Assembly: GCF_000143415.4 (NCBI RefSeq)
Contig: NW_003314351.1
Location: 504,964 to 568,963, forward strand
Source of the DNA: Selaginella moellendorffii
Lineage: Eukaryota > Plantae > Lycopodiophyta
DNA length: 64,000 nt
Direction: 5' to 3'
Part shown: piece after piece, positions 24,473 to 35,533 of the stretch
Layout of the letters: every line of letters begins with the position of its first letter
Position numbering within the stretch: the stretch's first letter is position 1
Notes under the pieces: generated by a model
Told to the model about the DNA's origin: nothing
Databases searched by the model: none
Seen by the model: only the letters and a program-made list of their open reading frames with translations
Program-made: the position numbers and the translations under genes

Positions 24473-27400
24473 TGTAAGGAACCAACTCGCCGAGGTGTCG
24501 TAGGCTAAAGGAACCCCGAAAGAATGACCAAAATGACAAAGAGTTCATCGGATGGGACCAAGTTGAAGATCGAGTCCAAGACCGACTGTAGGACCGAGTT
24601 CGAGATAGAGTCCGGAATCGAGTCCAAGACCGACTCGGGGACCGAGTTCGAGTCCGAGTTCGAGACGGAGTTCGAGACGGAGTCCGAGATCCGAAATCGG
24701 GTCTGAGACCAAGTCCGAGGTCGAGTCCGAGGTCGGGTCCGAGATCGGGTCTGAGATCGAGTCCGAGATCGAGTCCGAGACCGAATCCGAAGTCGGATCC
24801 GAAATCGGGTCCGAGATCGAGCCAGAGACTAAGTCCAAATACTAATACGGGTCAAGGGGTGAAAGCCCAAAGCGTGCGTCTCCCAGGGGGGGGGGGGGGC
24901 TGCAGGGGGTTCCAAAAGTATAGTAGGGATAGTGAGGTCCAGGAACCAGTTTAGAAAGGACTCTCCAGTGGGGCTCCCAAACTGATTTGAGGTTGGGACT
25001 GGGACCGAGGGGCCTTGGGTGGGAGTGAGCATGGACTTGGTTGGTGCCGGAGGGGCCATCCAAGGAAGTGCTCAAGAGCAGCTCCCACTCCCGAAAGGGA
25101 AACCGATTGCGGTGCTCCCGGCTCATGTGGAGTGGTGCCCCACTTGAGTACCATATGGCTCATTGGTCCTTGCCCTTCCTAGGGGCTTGGGCCTTCCTTC
25201 GGGATGGAAGTGGGGGGCGAGAGGTACCCATACCGGGCCGCTAGGCCACGGTGTTTCGCCCCGGCGTCCCGAAGCAAGTGTTGCACTCAAGACTTGGGAT
25301 TTAGAGGGTCCCATGATCAAGTCTTGTGGTACCAAAGGATGTTAGGAACCTGGAAGCTTGGTGTGCTTGGCTGCTTGTGCTTGCGGGGAGTGTAGCCGAA
25401 CCTTAAGTCCAGTCTAACCCGGGGAGGGGGATTGGGAGTGATTTGGGAATCCGTGGATGGATGGCTAACACTCCGTTGCTCGTGCAGTGAGTAGTTGAGA
25501 CCAAGTAGGAGCTGGTACCATAGGCGAGAATCTTGGCAAGGGAACTTAGCAAAAGCCAAGGCGGTGTTGGACGGATAGACGAGGTAAGCTGGCAAATTGG
25601 AAAGGAAAAATTTGTGGCTTACAATTTGGTATCGGAGCCTTTATCTCAGTTCTAGTGAAGGATAGAGGCGGATTGCTGGGAGATGGCAAGGGCAGGGCGT
25701 AAGCGAACCCAAGCGGAGACGGAACCTCCGCCGGAGCTGGAGCCTCCGGTCGAACAAGAGGCTATGGATGAGGAATCCTTGCATGAGGAGGACTCTAGTG
25801 AGGAAACTTCCAAATAGGAGTCCGGTGGCGAGGTTCGGTCGTCCAAGGCTCGATTGGACGTGCTAGAAGGACAGTTGGCACAGACCAATGCCCTACTGGA
25901 AACTCTCGTACGCAAGCTAAAGCGTGATGAGAGGCGGAAGAAAAAGAAAAAGACTGCGGATGCTGGCAGCGCAGAAGGTGCGGATCTTTCGGCCGGGACT
26001 GAGGCAAAACCAGACAAGGTCGAACAGACCGAAGTAGAATCAGTCCCTCAGGCAGTTCCCAAGTACAAACCAAAGCCCCCACCGGTCTTCAAGGGAGTGA
26101 ACGACTATAAAGTGGTGGAGGATTGGTTTTACGATATGGAGGACTACTTTCGAGCGTTGCGATTACCGAGCTCGGAGAAGGTCCCATGTGCAAAACCATA
26201 CTTGGCAGATAATGCCAAGTCTTGGTGGAGAATGACAGAGGCCAACGAAGGACCAGTGGCCACTTGGGACATGATGAAGGCGAGGATCCACGCAACATAT
26301 GTTCCTCCGAATGCCACTCTGCATCTGAGAGATGAGCTGAGTAGGCTGAAGCAGACTGGAACCATCCAGGAATATGTGAATGGGTTCATGGCAAAGAGGA
26401 TACTTGTCACGGACATGGGGGATATGGATGCGTTCCATGCCTTCATATCAGGTTTGCAAACCTGGGCTCGCGGTGAGGTGATGCGGTGGAACCCAACCAA
26501 CTACAAGGAAGCATTGGATGCGGCCATCAAGGTGCATTTCAACGATAACCTGCGAAAGGGGAACACGATGGGGTCGGGATCCACATTTAACAAAGGGGCC
26601 AAACCAAGGGGAACGTATAGCAAGGGGAAATTCAAAAAGAGTTTCTCTAAGAATGAGTCCTCGGGGTTCCGGAAAGGCAAATCCGGTGGCCAGCGAGCGA
26701 GTACGTGGGGGAGTCAAGCGAAAAAAGACAAACCCACGGATAAGAAGGTCAAGTCGTATAGCAGCGTGGGAAACAACGTATGCTACAACTGCGGCGAAGC
26801 GGGACACTTCTCGAGGGAATGTCCCTACCCGAAGAAGGCCAGAGCCAATATGGCCATCAAGTCGGGTGAAGTCCAAATTGAGGTATGTGATCCAGTCCCT
26901 AACTCAAAGTTACTCATCACACGAGCAACTTTGGTAGAGAGTCGTTCGCGACATCTACTAGCCCTCCGAGGGAAGCTCGGAGGTAGCTTTGTTAAGATCC
27001 TTATTGACACGGGCTTCCAAACCGACTTGAGGTTGAGACTGGGACCGAGGGGCCTTGGGTGGGAGTGAGCATGGACTTGGCTGGTGCCGGAGGGGCCATC
27101 CAAGGAAGTGCTCAAGAGCAGTTCCCACTCCCAAAAGGGAAACCGATTGTGGTGCTCCCGGCTCATGTGGAGTGGTGCCCCACTTGAGTACCATGCGGCT
27201 CATTGGTCCTCGCCCTTCCTAGGGGCTTGGGCCTTCCTTCGGGATGGAAGTGGGGGGGGTAGAGGTACCCATACCGGGCCACTAGGCCACGGTATTTCGC
27301 CCCGGCGTCCCGAAGCAAGTGTTGCACTCAAGACTTGGGATTTAGAGGGTCCCATGATCAAGTCTTGTGGTACCAAGGGATGTTAGGAACCTGGAAGCTT

Positions 27401-27664
27401 GGTGTGCTTGGCTGCTTGTGCTTGTGGGGAGTGTAGCCGAACCTTAAGTCCAGTCTAACCCGGGGAGGGGGATTGGGAGTGATTTGGGAATCCGTGGAAG
27501 GATGGCTAACACTCCGTTGCTTGTGTAGTGAGTAGCTGAGACCAAGTAGGAGCTGGTACCATAGGCGAGAACCTTGGCAAGGGAATTTAGCAAAAGCCAA
27601 GGCGATGTTGGACGGATAGACGAGGTAAGCTGGCAAATTGGAAAGGAAAAATTTGTGGCTTACA
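24473..27664 (+). mobile_element. Ty3/gypsy LTR retrotransposon family D, gag-only deletion derivative (5' LTR 24473-25623; 3' LTR remnant about 27011-27664)
   Basis: LTR termini TGTAAG...CTTACA and PBS TTTGGTATCGGAGC at 25625-25638. Region 24970-25623 is repeated at 27011-27664. No TSD (GTCAG versus ATGGC). Confidence 0.9.
25683..27012 (+). pseudogene. gag: Gag (capsid plus CCHC zinc knuckle) and start of aspartic protease
   Basis: ATG at 25683 with an in-frame TAG at 25815. Contains PPVFKG..VEDWFYDMEDYF, LKQTGTIQEYVNGF and CYNCGEAGHFSREC, and ends at protease VKILIDTG, where it fuses to LTR sequence. Confidence 0.9.
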
Positions 27665-27682
27665 ATGGCGCCTGGTCACCAT

Positions 27683-28056
27683 CAATTGGATACGTTAGAA
27701 AAAGATAACATTGAATAATATCTAAATGTTCTCACCATTAAGTTATATGTCTGGCTAATAGGAATGACGTTCATCTTGGAAAGCTCACCACACGCTCAAT
27801 GAACAAACAAATAGTAGGTGCGCACATGCCATCGCTCTTCTTTAGCTTCAGATTCGGCTTGTTCACCTTGACAATGAGATTTATTATACAACCAGATGGA
27901 CTCAATCTGGACATAAAGTCACCGCACTAGTCACCATGCCCCAGATATGTCTAGCCCCTGGAAAAAAAACATATAATTTCACGTCATTTTCAAATACTTG
28001 AAAATTTGTACCTAGTCCCATTTTACTGAATAAATCCCACTTTAACGAAATAGAGC
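27683..28056. repeat. 374-bp direct repeat, copy 1 (copy 2 at 35534-35907)
   Basis: Both copies run CAATT(G/A)GAT(A/T)CGTTAGAAAAAGATAAC...TTTAACGAAATAGAGC, with equal length and few substitutions. Confidence 0.93.
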
Positions 28057-29532
28057 ATCTCAGCACATCTACCCATTTGTCAAAAACAACTTTTGTCGCG
28101 AGTAGAATGTTATGGATGCTGAGTGTGTCATTGACCCCCAGTGTTTTCGAGAGAAGACTCGAGAATTCCTGCAATGGAAATGGCGTGAGGCCACATGCTA
28201 TGCCACATGCAACGAGGCTTACCTGCCAGGCGCTAGTTGCTAGTGCACGTCCTTGTCCTGGTTTTTGTGGCTTCTTCAGTTGAACCCAGAGCTTCCGTGT
28301 TTGTGCCAATGTCTCGTGCAGACCCGATTTGTAGCACGTTTCTTGCTTGACATTCTGCACGTGGGAGATGGATATGATAGATCGGAGGGGCGAGTTGCCT
28401 TTTATCAGGCGGACAACTCTTGTCTTGAAGACTTTCTTCACCTCCTCGCCCACCATAATATCCACAACTATCTCTTGCATCGCCAAGCTAGAATGCTGCC
28501 CGGAGACGGCATAGAACCGGATGTTCTGATCGTCCAACACCTTCCTATTGATCAAGTCTGGAAACCTCGTCTCGCCCTTCATTGTTCGGTAGTAGGGGAT
28601 CACGTCTGCGATGTCGAGTGTTACTGGACTTGCCAGCATCTTCTGCTTCAGTTTCTCCACCCACTCATCAGATACTAGCCTGTGGTTGTATTTGCTTTGG
28701 ATGTCGATACGGCTCACATCGATTGTATATACTTTGTTGGAATAGTAACAAGTACTATTATCTGCGACAATTTTTGCTGCCTCTTCTTGCTCTTTCTGCT
28801 CTTTGCGGCTCTTCTTTTTGGTGGGTGTAGTGTTCGAACCTGAGGCAATGGCATCACCAAGTAGCTTCTTTTTTGGAGCAAGAGAGTCAGACGTCGGCTT
28901 GAGCTTGACCACCCTTTTCTGCTTCGGGGTAGTTTCCAGATCGACCCCCTTCCCCTTCGCTTCGCGAACTGGAGGCACTCTCAATGGCTCAATGTTAGAA
29001 TATAGTTTTTGAACATCACCGTAGGTGAGGTCCGTGGATTCCATGTGATCTTCATAGACCCGCAGGAAGGCGGACGCTGTCTCTACCACAAGTGCCAGTT
29101 CATATTCTTGCATGGAACTGCATGGAGTGTCTGTCACTTGGATGAGGATCCCCATGCATTCTTTTCTCCCACCATCTGTGTTGTACAGCCTTAGATCCTC
29201 GCCTTCCATCCCGAAAGTCCAACTGGTGAGCTCCTCCCCCTTCTCTGCATCCACATTGACAGTGGCTGGAAGAAGAACGCAATTCCTCGCCTATTCAGAA
29301 ATGCACAACAATTAGAGCTGACAGATGAAAAGCTAGCAGCTGGAAATAACGTGAGGCCACACGCCATTCACCACTGCATCAGATGTCTTGAGGCTGCATC
29401 CTAAGATGGCGTGAGGCTACACGCCATCTGTAACCGGACTGCACTCGAGAGCCCAATCGGTGCATGCCAATGTTGCTACTGAATGGCATGTGGCCTCATG
29501 CCATTTTCTACTTGGCCTAAAAGACTTACCAT
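27902..29532 (-). CDS. ParB/sulfiredoxin-fold (DGQHR-like) domain protein carried by the transposon unit
   Basis: ATG at 29532-29530, with introns 29291-29529, 28169-28222 and probably 27958-28011 (all GT-AG and frame-consistent). The core YTIDVSRI..NHRLVSDEWVEKLKQKM...FYAVSGQHSSLAMQEI resembles the ParB N-domain, preceded by a Lys-rich NLS-like linker. The domain call is by eye. Confidence 0.6.
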
Positions 29533-29729
29533 TTGAAGCCGAATGGAGGCCGTGACAATCGAGGCCGGACTCGCTGGCGAATGTGCACTGTGTGTGTAGC
29601 GGATCGTAGCAGCAAGGCTACTCTGCCACTTACAATTGGAGAGTGGCACTGAAATCTCCCGGGACGCCAAGTGGGCTGCGTGTGGGTGGCGGAGTGGGCG
29701 GCAAAGTTACAAACTAGGTGTGTCTTGAA

Positions 29730-29945
29730 GTGGACGCCGATGCACACGAGTGCGATGCGAGCGCGAGTGTGATGCAAGCGCGAGTGGACGCCGATGCACA
29801 CGAGAAACCTGTAGAGAAGGTAGATGAGCGCGAATGTGAGCGTGATCGCGAGTGGGAGCGCGATGCGAGCGCGAGAGTGGGAGCGCGATGCGAGCGCAAG
29901 AGTGGGAGCGCGATGCGAGCGCGAGTGTGCGAGCGCGAGTACGAA
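29730..29945. repeat. CpG-rich minisatellite (GCGCGAGTGGGAGCGCGATGCGA-type)
   Basis: Direct tandem units upstream of the ParB-like gene. Confidence 0.85.
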
Positions 29946-30949
29946 GCAAAATGCAAAACCTAACCTCACACGCGCGAAATGTCACGACGGTTGGTAATCC
30001 TGCCACATCATCATTCCTCGGACTTGGGCGCCATCATTAATTTCTGGATCGCCGCGCGCATGCATGCACGTGAAATCCAAAAAAAATCCGCAACGTCATC
30101 ATTCCTCGGATTGCATGCACGCGAAATCCAAAAGAAAGATCATGATTGGGATATCATTTAATACCCTCACTATATTTATACCATGCATGATTGGATATTC
30201 CAAAGCATCTTGTATTTCCAAAAATGCCAGATGTTCAGCTAAATAAAGAATGGTATACAAAAAATCCCAAAAAATGCACCAAAAAATGCTTGGCGTCATC
30301 TGGCGTTATCTCTTGAATGGCGTGGGGCCGCATGCCATTTTCAGGGGCACATAGGAGTATATTCCTAGAATATTTTGACACACGCGAGATTTTTTTGAGT
30401 TTTCTGGAGATCCAAAAATGCCTCAACCACTTAAATTCCCAAGTAAATAAAGCTGTTTCTATTTTTGGTACAGGTAAACTTTATAGCGTGTGGGCTCATG
30501 CAATTTTGAACCCAAAAATGCACCAAAAAATGCTCGACTAGCATTATTCTTTGAATGGCGTGTGGCCTTATATTGCCATAAATGGACGTACACACACAGC
30601 ATAATTATTCCTTTACACAGCGAATAATCTTGGCGTGGATCGCTGACATGGCATGGCAAAGTTCGAATCACTAACATGGCACAGCTGGATCGAGGCAAGG
30701 ACATGATGTGACAAAGTTCAACCTCCGACAGCAAAGTCTAGCAGCTACTCAGTTTGAAATTTGTCAGAAGAATCATAAGATCTGGTTTGTTAGAGGATTT
30801 GATGTGACGTTCAAGCGTGTGTTATTTTTGAATTCTCGAACTCATTCCTAGGTCTATCATTTTTGTGCGCCGTGTTCTTGGTTCCGCTGAGCACAGTGAG
30901 CGCTGCTTGTGTAAGCGGCGTTGTGAGCTGTGGTTTATGCGTCTACGAG

Positions 30950-31080
30950 CGGTTGCGGCATTGCGAGCGCCATTGCGAGCGGCAGTTTATGCGAGTGGCA
31001 GTTTGTGCGAGCGGCGCTATGAGCAGTTGTGGTGTTGCGAGCGGCGCTACGAGTAGTTGCGGTGTTGCGAGCGGCACTGT
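30950..31080. repeat. CpG-rich tandem repeat (about 30-bp GGTGTTGCGAGCGGCGCTA units)
   Basis: Direct tandem units upstream of the transposase gene. Confidence 0.8.
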
Positions 31081-31394
31081 CTTTGGTGTGGCTACCGCTT
31101 CCTCTTGATATTCGGCACTTGTGCTTCCTAGTATGTTCACCATGGAATGGCTTAGGACCACATTTAGAAATGGCATGAGGCCACATGCCATCTTGGGCCC
31201 TTGCAATTTCATGGCTAGCGTATTGTCATATATGTTTTTACTTGCCTGCAGCTGTGTGTATATCAAGATGGCATGAGGCCTCATGCCATCTTTGGCCCCT
31301 ACTAGCCTATTGCCATATTCCTTTTGCCTTGCTGCAACTGTATATATTTTGCACTGTCTTCGATGGGAATGTGGTCGCTATTGAACGAGGAGAG

Positions 31395-34351
31395 ATGGTT
31401 GTCGGGGTAAATGTTGTTGTTGCCTTGAAAAATCTTCAGAAGAAAGCAGATGTTGGGGACAGCGCAAGTGCGACGCATGTTCCCTCCGTGGATCTTAAGA
31501 ACCGTGCTACATGGATTCAGGCCAAGGTGTTTCTAAACAACCCTGAGGGGGAGGTGGTAGCTGAGGGCTTAGCCACAGTTGTCGATCCAAGAGATGCGGT
31601 TGCTAATCAAGAATTGGGCTGGGATGATATTGGAGTTGCGATTTTAGAGGTTGTTGACACAGAAGAAAACATTCTGACTATTGGAAGCATTGTGCGGTGG
31701 AAATTGAGGCACTTAGTGTTTGAGAATGTGAAGGATTCACAATCAAACACCACTACAACTGATGACAGAACATCTCTTCATGGGAAAAGAAAGTACACCT
31801 TCCTAAAGCGCAGCCAAAGGGATCTGAGCAATGAACCGAAAAGGCAGAAAATGGTGATGGAGGTTCGAATGGTCTCAACAGTTGCTTGTTGCAAGAGGAG
31901 GTGCTGTCAACATGCTAATTGGGATGCTATTGAAGAGGAGAGAGCAAGATACAAGACATTGTCCTGGAAGGCAGCTCGCAATTTTGTGTATGAGGCATTA
32001 CGGTCATCTGTTGATGCTTCAGAACATCAGGTGGGGGGCATGGTCTTCCAGAGGGGTTTGGTCTGCATGAAGGCATGGAGAATCATTTATGGAGTCCCTC
32101 GAACCACATTTTACAGAATCAAAACTGAGTTCGAGGAGCAAAGGGTTCAACAGGCAGTCCATGGGAACGACGGTACGCACAAAACCAGGGGTCATGTTGT
32201 ATATGGAGAGGCAATCTTCAAGAGGTTTGTCGAGACATGTAGCGAGCAGCAACCACATAAAACCCGCCTCTTGGAAGATGGAACACGAGACACCCAACGA
32301 GTTCTCCCTTCCATGTATACCAAGGGGGCCATATTGGAAGATGTGAATCGGGAACTCCAGAGTAATGGCTACAGGAAGCTGAGCCAATCTAGATTTAGTA
32401 GATTGTGGAGCAACAGGTTCAGGGATGTGAGTATAGGAAAGTACTCCAGCTTTTCAAAGTGTGACGAGTGCACTGCTATCAAAATGGCTTTGTCGAAGAA
32501 TTCTTGCAGCGCTCAAGAGCGAGAGACGTTGGTTAGAAGGCGGCTTGACCACAACATCGAGCAGAGAAGCTGCAGGACTGCATATTATCATAACAGGATT
32601 CTCTCCATGGAGAGACCTGACTCTTACCTCTGCATCATCCACGACAAAATGGACCAGAAAAAGACGTGCTTACCTCGACTCAATCCTGCCCCCAAGGCAA
32701 TCTCTTCATCCATGCAGCTGCCTGTGTCTCTGTTTGGCATAATCGCTCATGGGCATGGTGCCCAGAACTATGGGAACTTCTTTGTACCTCTATGGGGTGG
32801 CGGGGGTGAAAACATGATGATTGCGTCCTAGCAAAACACTTAAGGTCTCTGCAAAGTGCGCAGACTGAGCTGAACGGCCAACCCTTGCATAAGGCCCTTG
32901 TCGATCGAACCCCATACAGGGTTCAGCTGGAGGAGGAGCAAAGGCTTGCAATATCGCATGGGGCCCCATGCCATCCCAGTGAATATGTTGGCCGTCAGAT
33001 TGTAGGGTTATCACGTGAGGCCTCATGCCATTCCGACGAGGCTGGTCACCCGGTGAATGCACAACCTCATCCAAACGAAGCAGAATCTCAAGGAAGTTCT
33101 TGCGGCCGATGTGGCCTTCCACCCCATCTTCTGCTCCAAACAGACAATGCTGGCAGTGAGAACAAAAACATGTACGTCTTCGCGTACTTGGCGATGCTTG
33201 TTGCCAAAGGCATATTTGAAACGGTTACACTTGGCTTTCTCATGGTTGGGCACACTCATGAAGACGTCGATGCCATGTTCAGTCACCTGGCAGAGTCCCT
33301 CCGGCGATCCAATGTCCTCACCCTCCCACAACTCTACGATGAATTCCAAAATTGCATCAAAGGCACTGTTGAAGCTGCACTTCTGACAGAGGTTCCAGAC
33401 TTTAAGGGGTTTATAAGAGGCTACATCAGGGACAGATCCGAAACGTTAATTGGCCACTCCAAGCCTCTTCAGTTTCATTTCAGCATGCGTGACGGTGCTC
33501 CAGTGATGAGGTACAAGATGAGAGAATGGGACACAGTGTGGCTGCCAGTGGACGGCATTGAACTCTTCAAGAGAGATCCCATAACTGGGGAACCTATGAT
33601 TCCTCAGGGTTCCCCACGGCCGATGCACCCAGATGGACTCAAAGACCAGGAAAGTATAGTGGCCGGGATTAGACAGCATATTGCCTTCTGGAAGAGGGGT
33701 TGGTGTTTGGTGGAGAATCCTATTTTAAGAGGTGCAAGCCTTTGCTCGAATACTGGGAGAAGATTATATCTGCTATCCAAAATGGGCCGGTTGTATATGA
33801 AGAATTGGAAGAGTCCTTTTGGCCAGAACCCAGAGCACCAGATACTAGCGGAACAATGTCCTCTGGAAATGCAGTGACAGATAACGATGTTGAGGATCAC
33901 TATTGTGGGCCGAGGAACAAGAAGCCGGATTCAGCATTCAATCCAATACAGGTCTGCAAAGGAATGGTCGTGCTTGTCAGACCCAGTAATAAAAAACAAA
34001 TGATATGGGTGGGGCACTGCATCACTGATGCAGAGGAGGACGCGGAAACTAACTCCTTCAATGTAACTGTGGAGTGGTTCAAGCCAAGTTCCGGATATAC
34101 GAAGGATTGCCTAGAAAATAGATGGGTGCTGAATCCAAGGGATCCCAGCATGAGCATATCGGTGGATAATGTTGTGCATGGTTGGATGCGGAAGCAGAGT
34201 GCCACCATCACCTTGCCAGACCATGCAAGAGATGCAGCAAGAGCATTCATAACCCGGGTTCAAGGTGAGATTCATTAATATTCCTTTACTAAGTTTCTAA
34301 TGTATTTTATTTCAAGGTGAACAATCCGAATCTGAATCAGAGGAGGCGTGA
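31395..34351 (+). pseudogene. Sola1-like DDD/E transposase, two -1 frameshifts
   Basis: ORFs 31185-32831, 32885-33877 and 33700-34278 join via single-base losses near 32828 and 33699. Motifs CCKRRCC, VCMKAWRIIYGV..TTFY, FSKCDEC, IIHDKMDQKK, LLLQTDNAGSENKN and FLMVGHTHEDVDAMFS. A beta-rich C-terminal domain and a last mini-exon GEQSESESEEA* follow intron 34265-34316. The start codon is uncertain. Confidence 0.75.
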
Positions 34352-35533
34352 TGGCATGTGGCCTTATGCCATTCCTAGGTGAGATGATACAAATAACAAG
34401 TATAAATTCTTAGTTGTTCTAGCAAATCTTACTTAAAGTTCAAGGTGAACAAGCCGAATATGAATTCATCGGATTGTTATAACAAATTGCGAGGTGATGG
34501 CATGAAGCGATACGCCATTTGAGAGTGGTAGCCATTCCTATATGAGGTGAGTGAAATATTTATTAGAAATACCTCATTCAATTGTGCACTTCTAAGTCTT
34601 GGTCCACTCAGTACTGTTTGCATGTTTCTATTTTAATTCTTTATCTAAAATGTTATTTAGTATGTGGCTTCATGCCATTGCTCTCCACAATCATGCATTG
34701 AATTTTTCTATCCTTGCATAATACTTCTCCATATATATAGCATGTGCGCACATGTGATATGGTTCATTAGGCCTGATATAGTGTGTGAGGTAAAACAAAG
34801 ATGATGTGACATATGCATTTACCAATCACACGTGCATAAATCTAATAATATGGCGTGTGGCCCATATTAATGGCACATAAACCCATATTGTGGGCTTACG
34901 TGCTTTATGTACCATCATTCCCTTGCAGCGTGTGTGTTGGTTTCCTTTTATAACACAACGAACTCCATATTTTAGGGTGAAGAGCGTTCTCATGGCAAGC
35001 ACAAAATCTGTAAGTGAGGCAGAAAAGGAGACAGAGAAGGAGATAGGTGAAGATGTAGAATATATAAATCTTCCAAACTCCCCGTACTATACTCCAGGTG
35101 ATCATTTTTCTGAACAAACGGCAACATTAACAACTATCGAGAACGCCCCAGTAACGTCAGAGACAACAATCCAAAGCAAAACAACTGACCCGGAGAAGGA
35201 TGATAGTACCGCTGAGAGTACCAAAAAGGAGGTGTCCACTAGCGCTTAGGCTTATAATGGCGTGTGCCCTCATGCCATTTACTTGATTACCAAATACCTT
35301 TTTCCCTTTGCACTAGTATATCTTAATACCGGTCTGAGAAATAGAATGGCATGTGCCCTCAGGCCTTTTACTAAATCACCTTTGAAAGAAATGCAAGCCT
35401 CTATGTTGTAAAAAAAAGGTACTAGAGAAATTCCTTAATAATATGAATGTTATTTAGTTTCATGAAAATACACTAAGGGTCAAATGAGTTAAATGACTTC
35501 TCCAAACTAGCAATGCCTCTTTCTACACCTTCA

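Noticed and set aside
25815-25817. Stop-codon read-through in gag
   Set aside because: The stop is in the N-terminal region, not at the gag-pol border; a CAG-to-TAG type mutation is the simpler explanation.
29526-30040. ORFs such as ALASRSHSRARIAL and ERERDREWERD
   Set aside because: They are translations of the CpG-rich minisatellite.
32820-33705. Programmed frameshifting in the transposase
   Set aside because: There is no slippery heptamer at either site; single-base losses in short C and G runs fit decay or sequencing error better.
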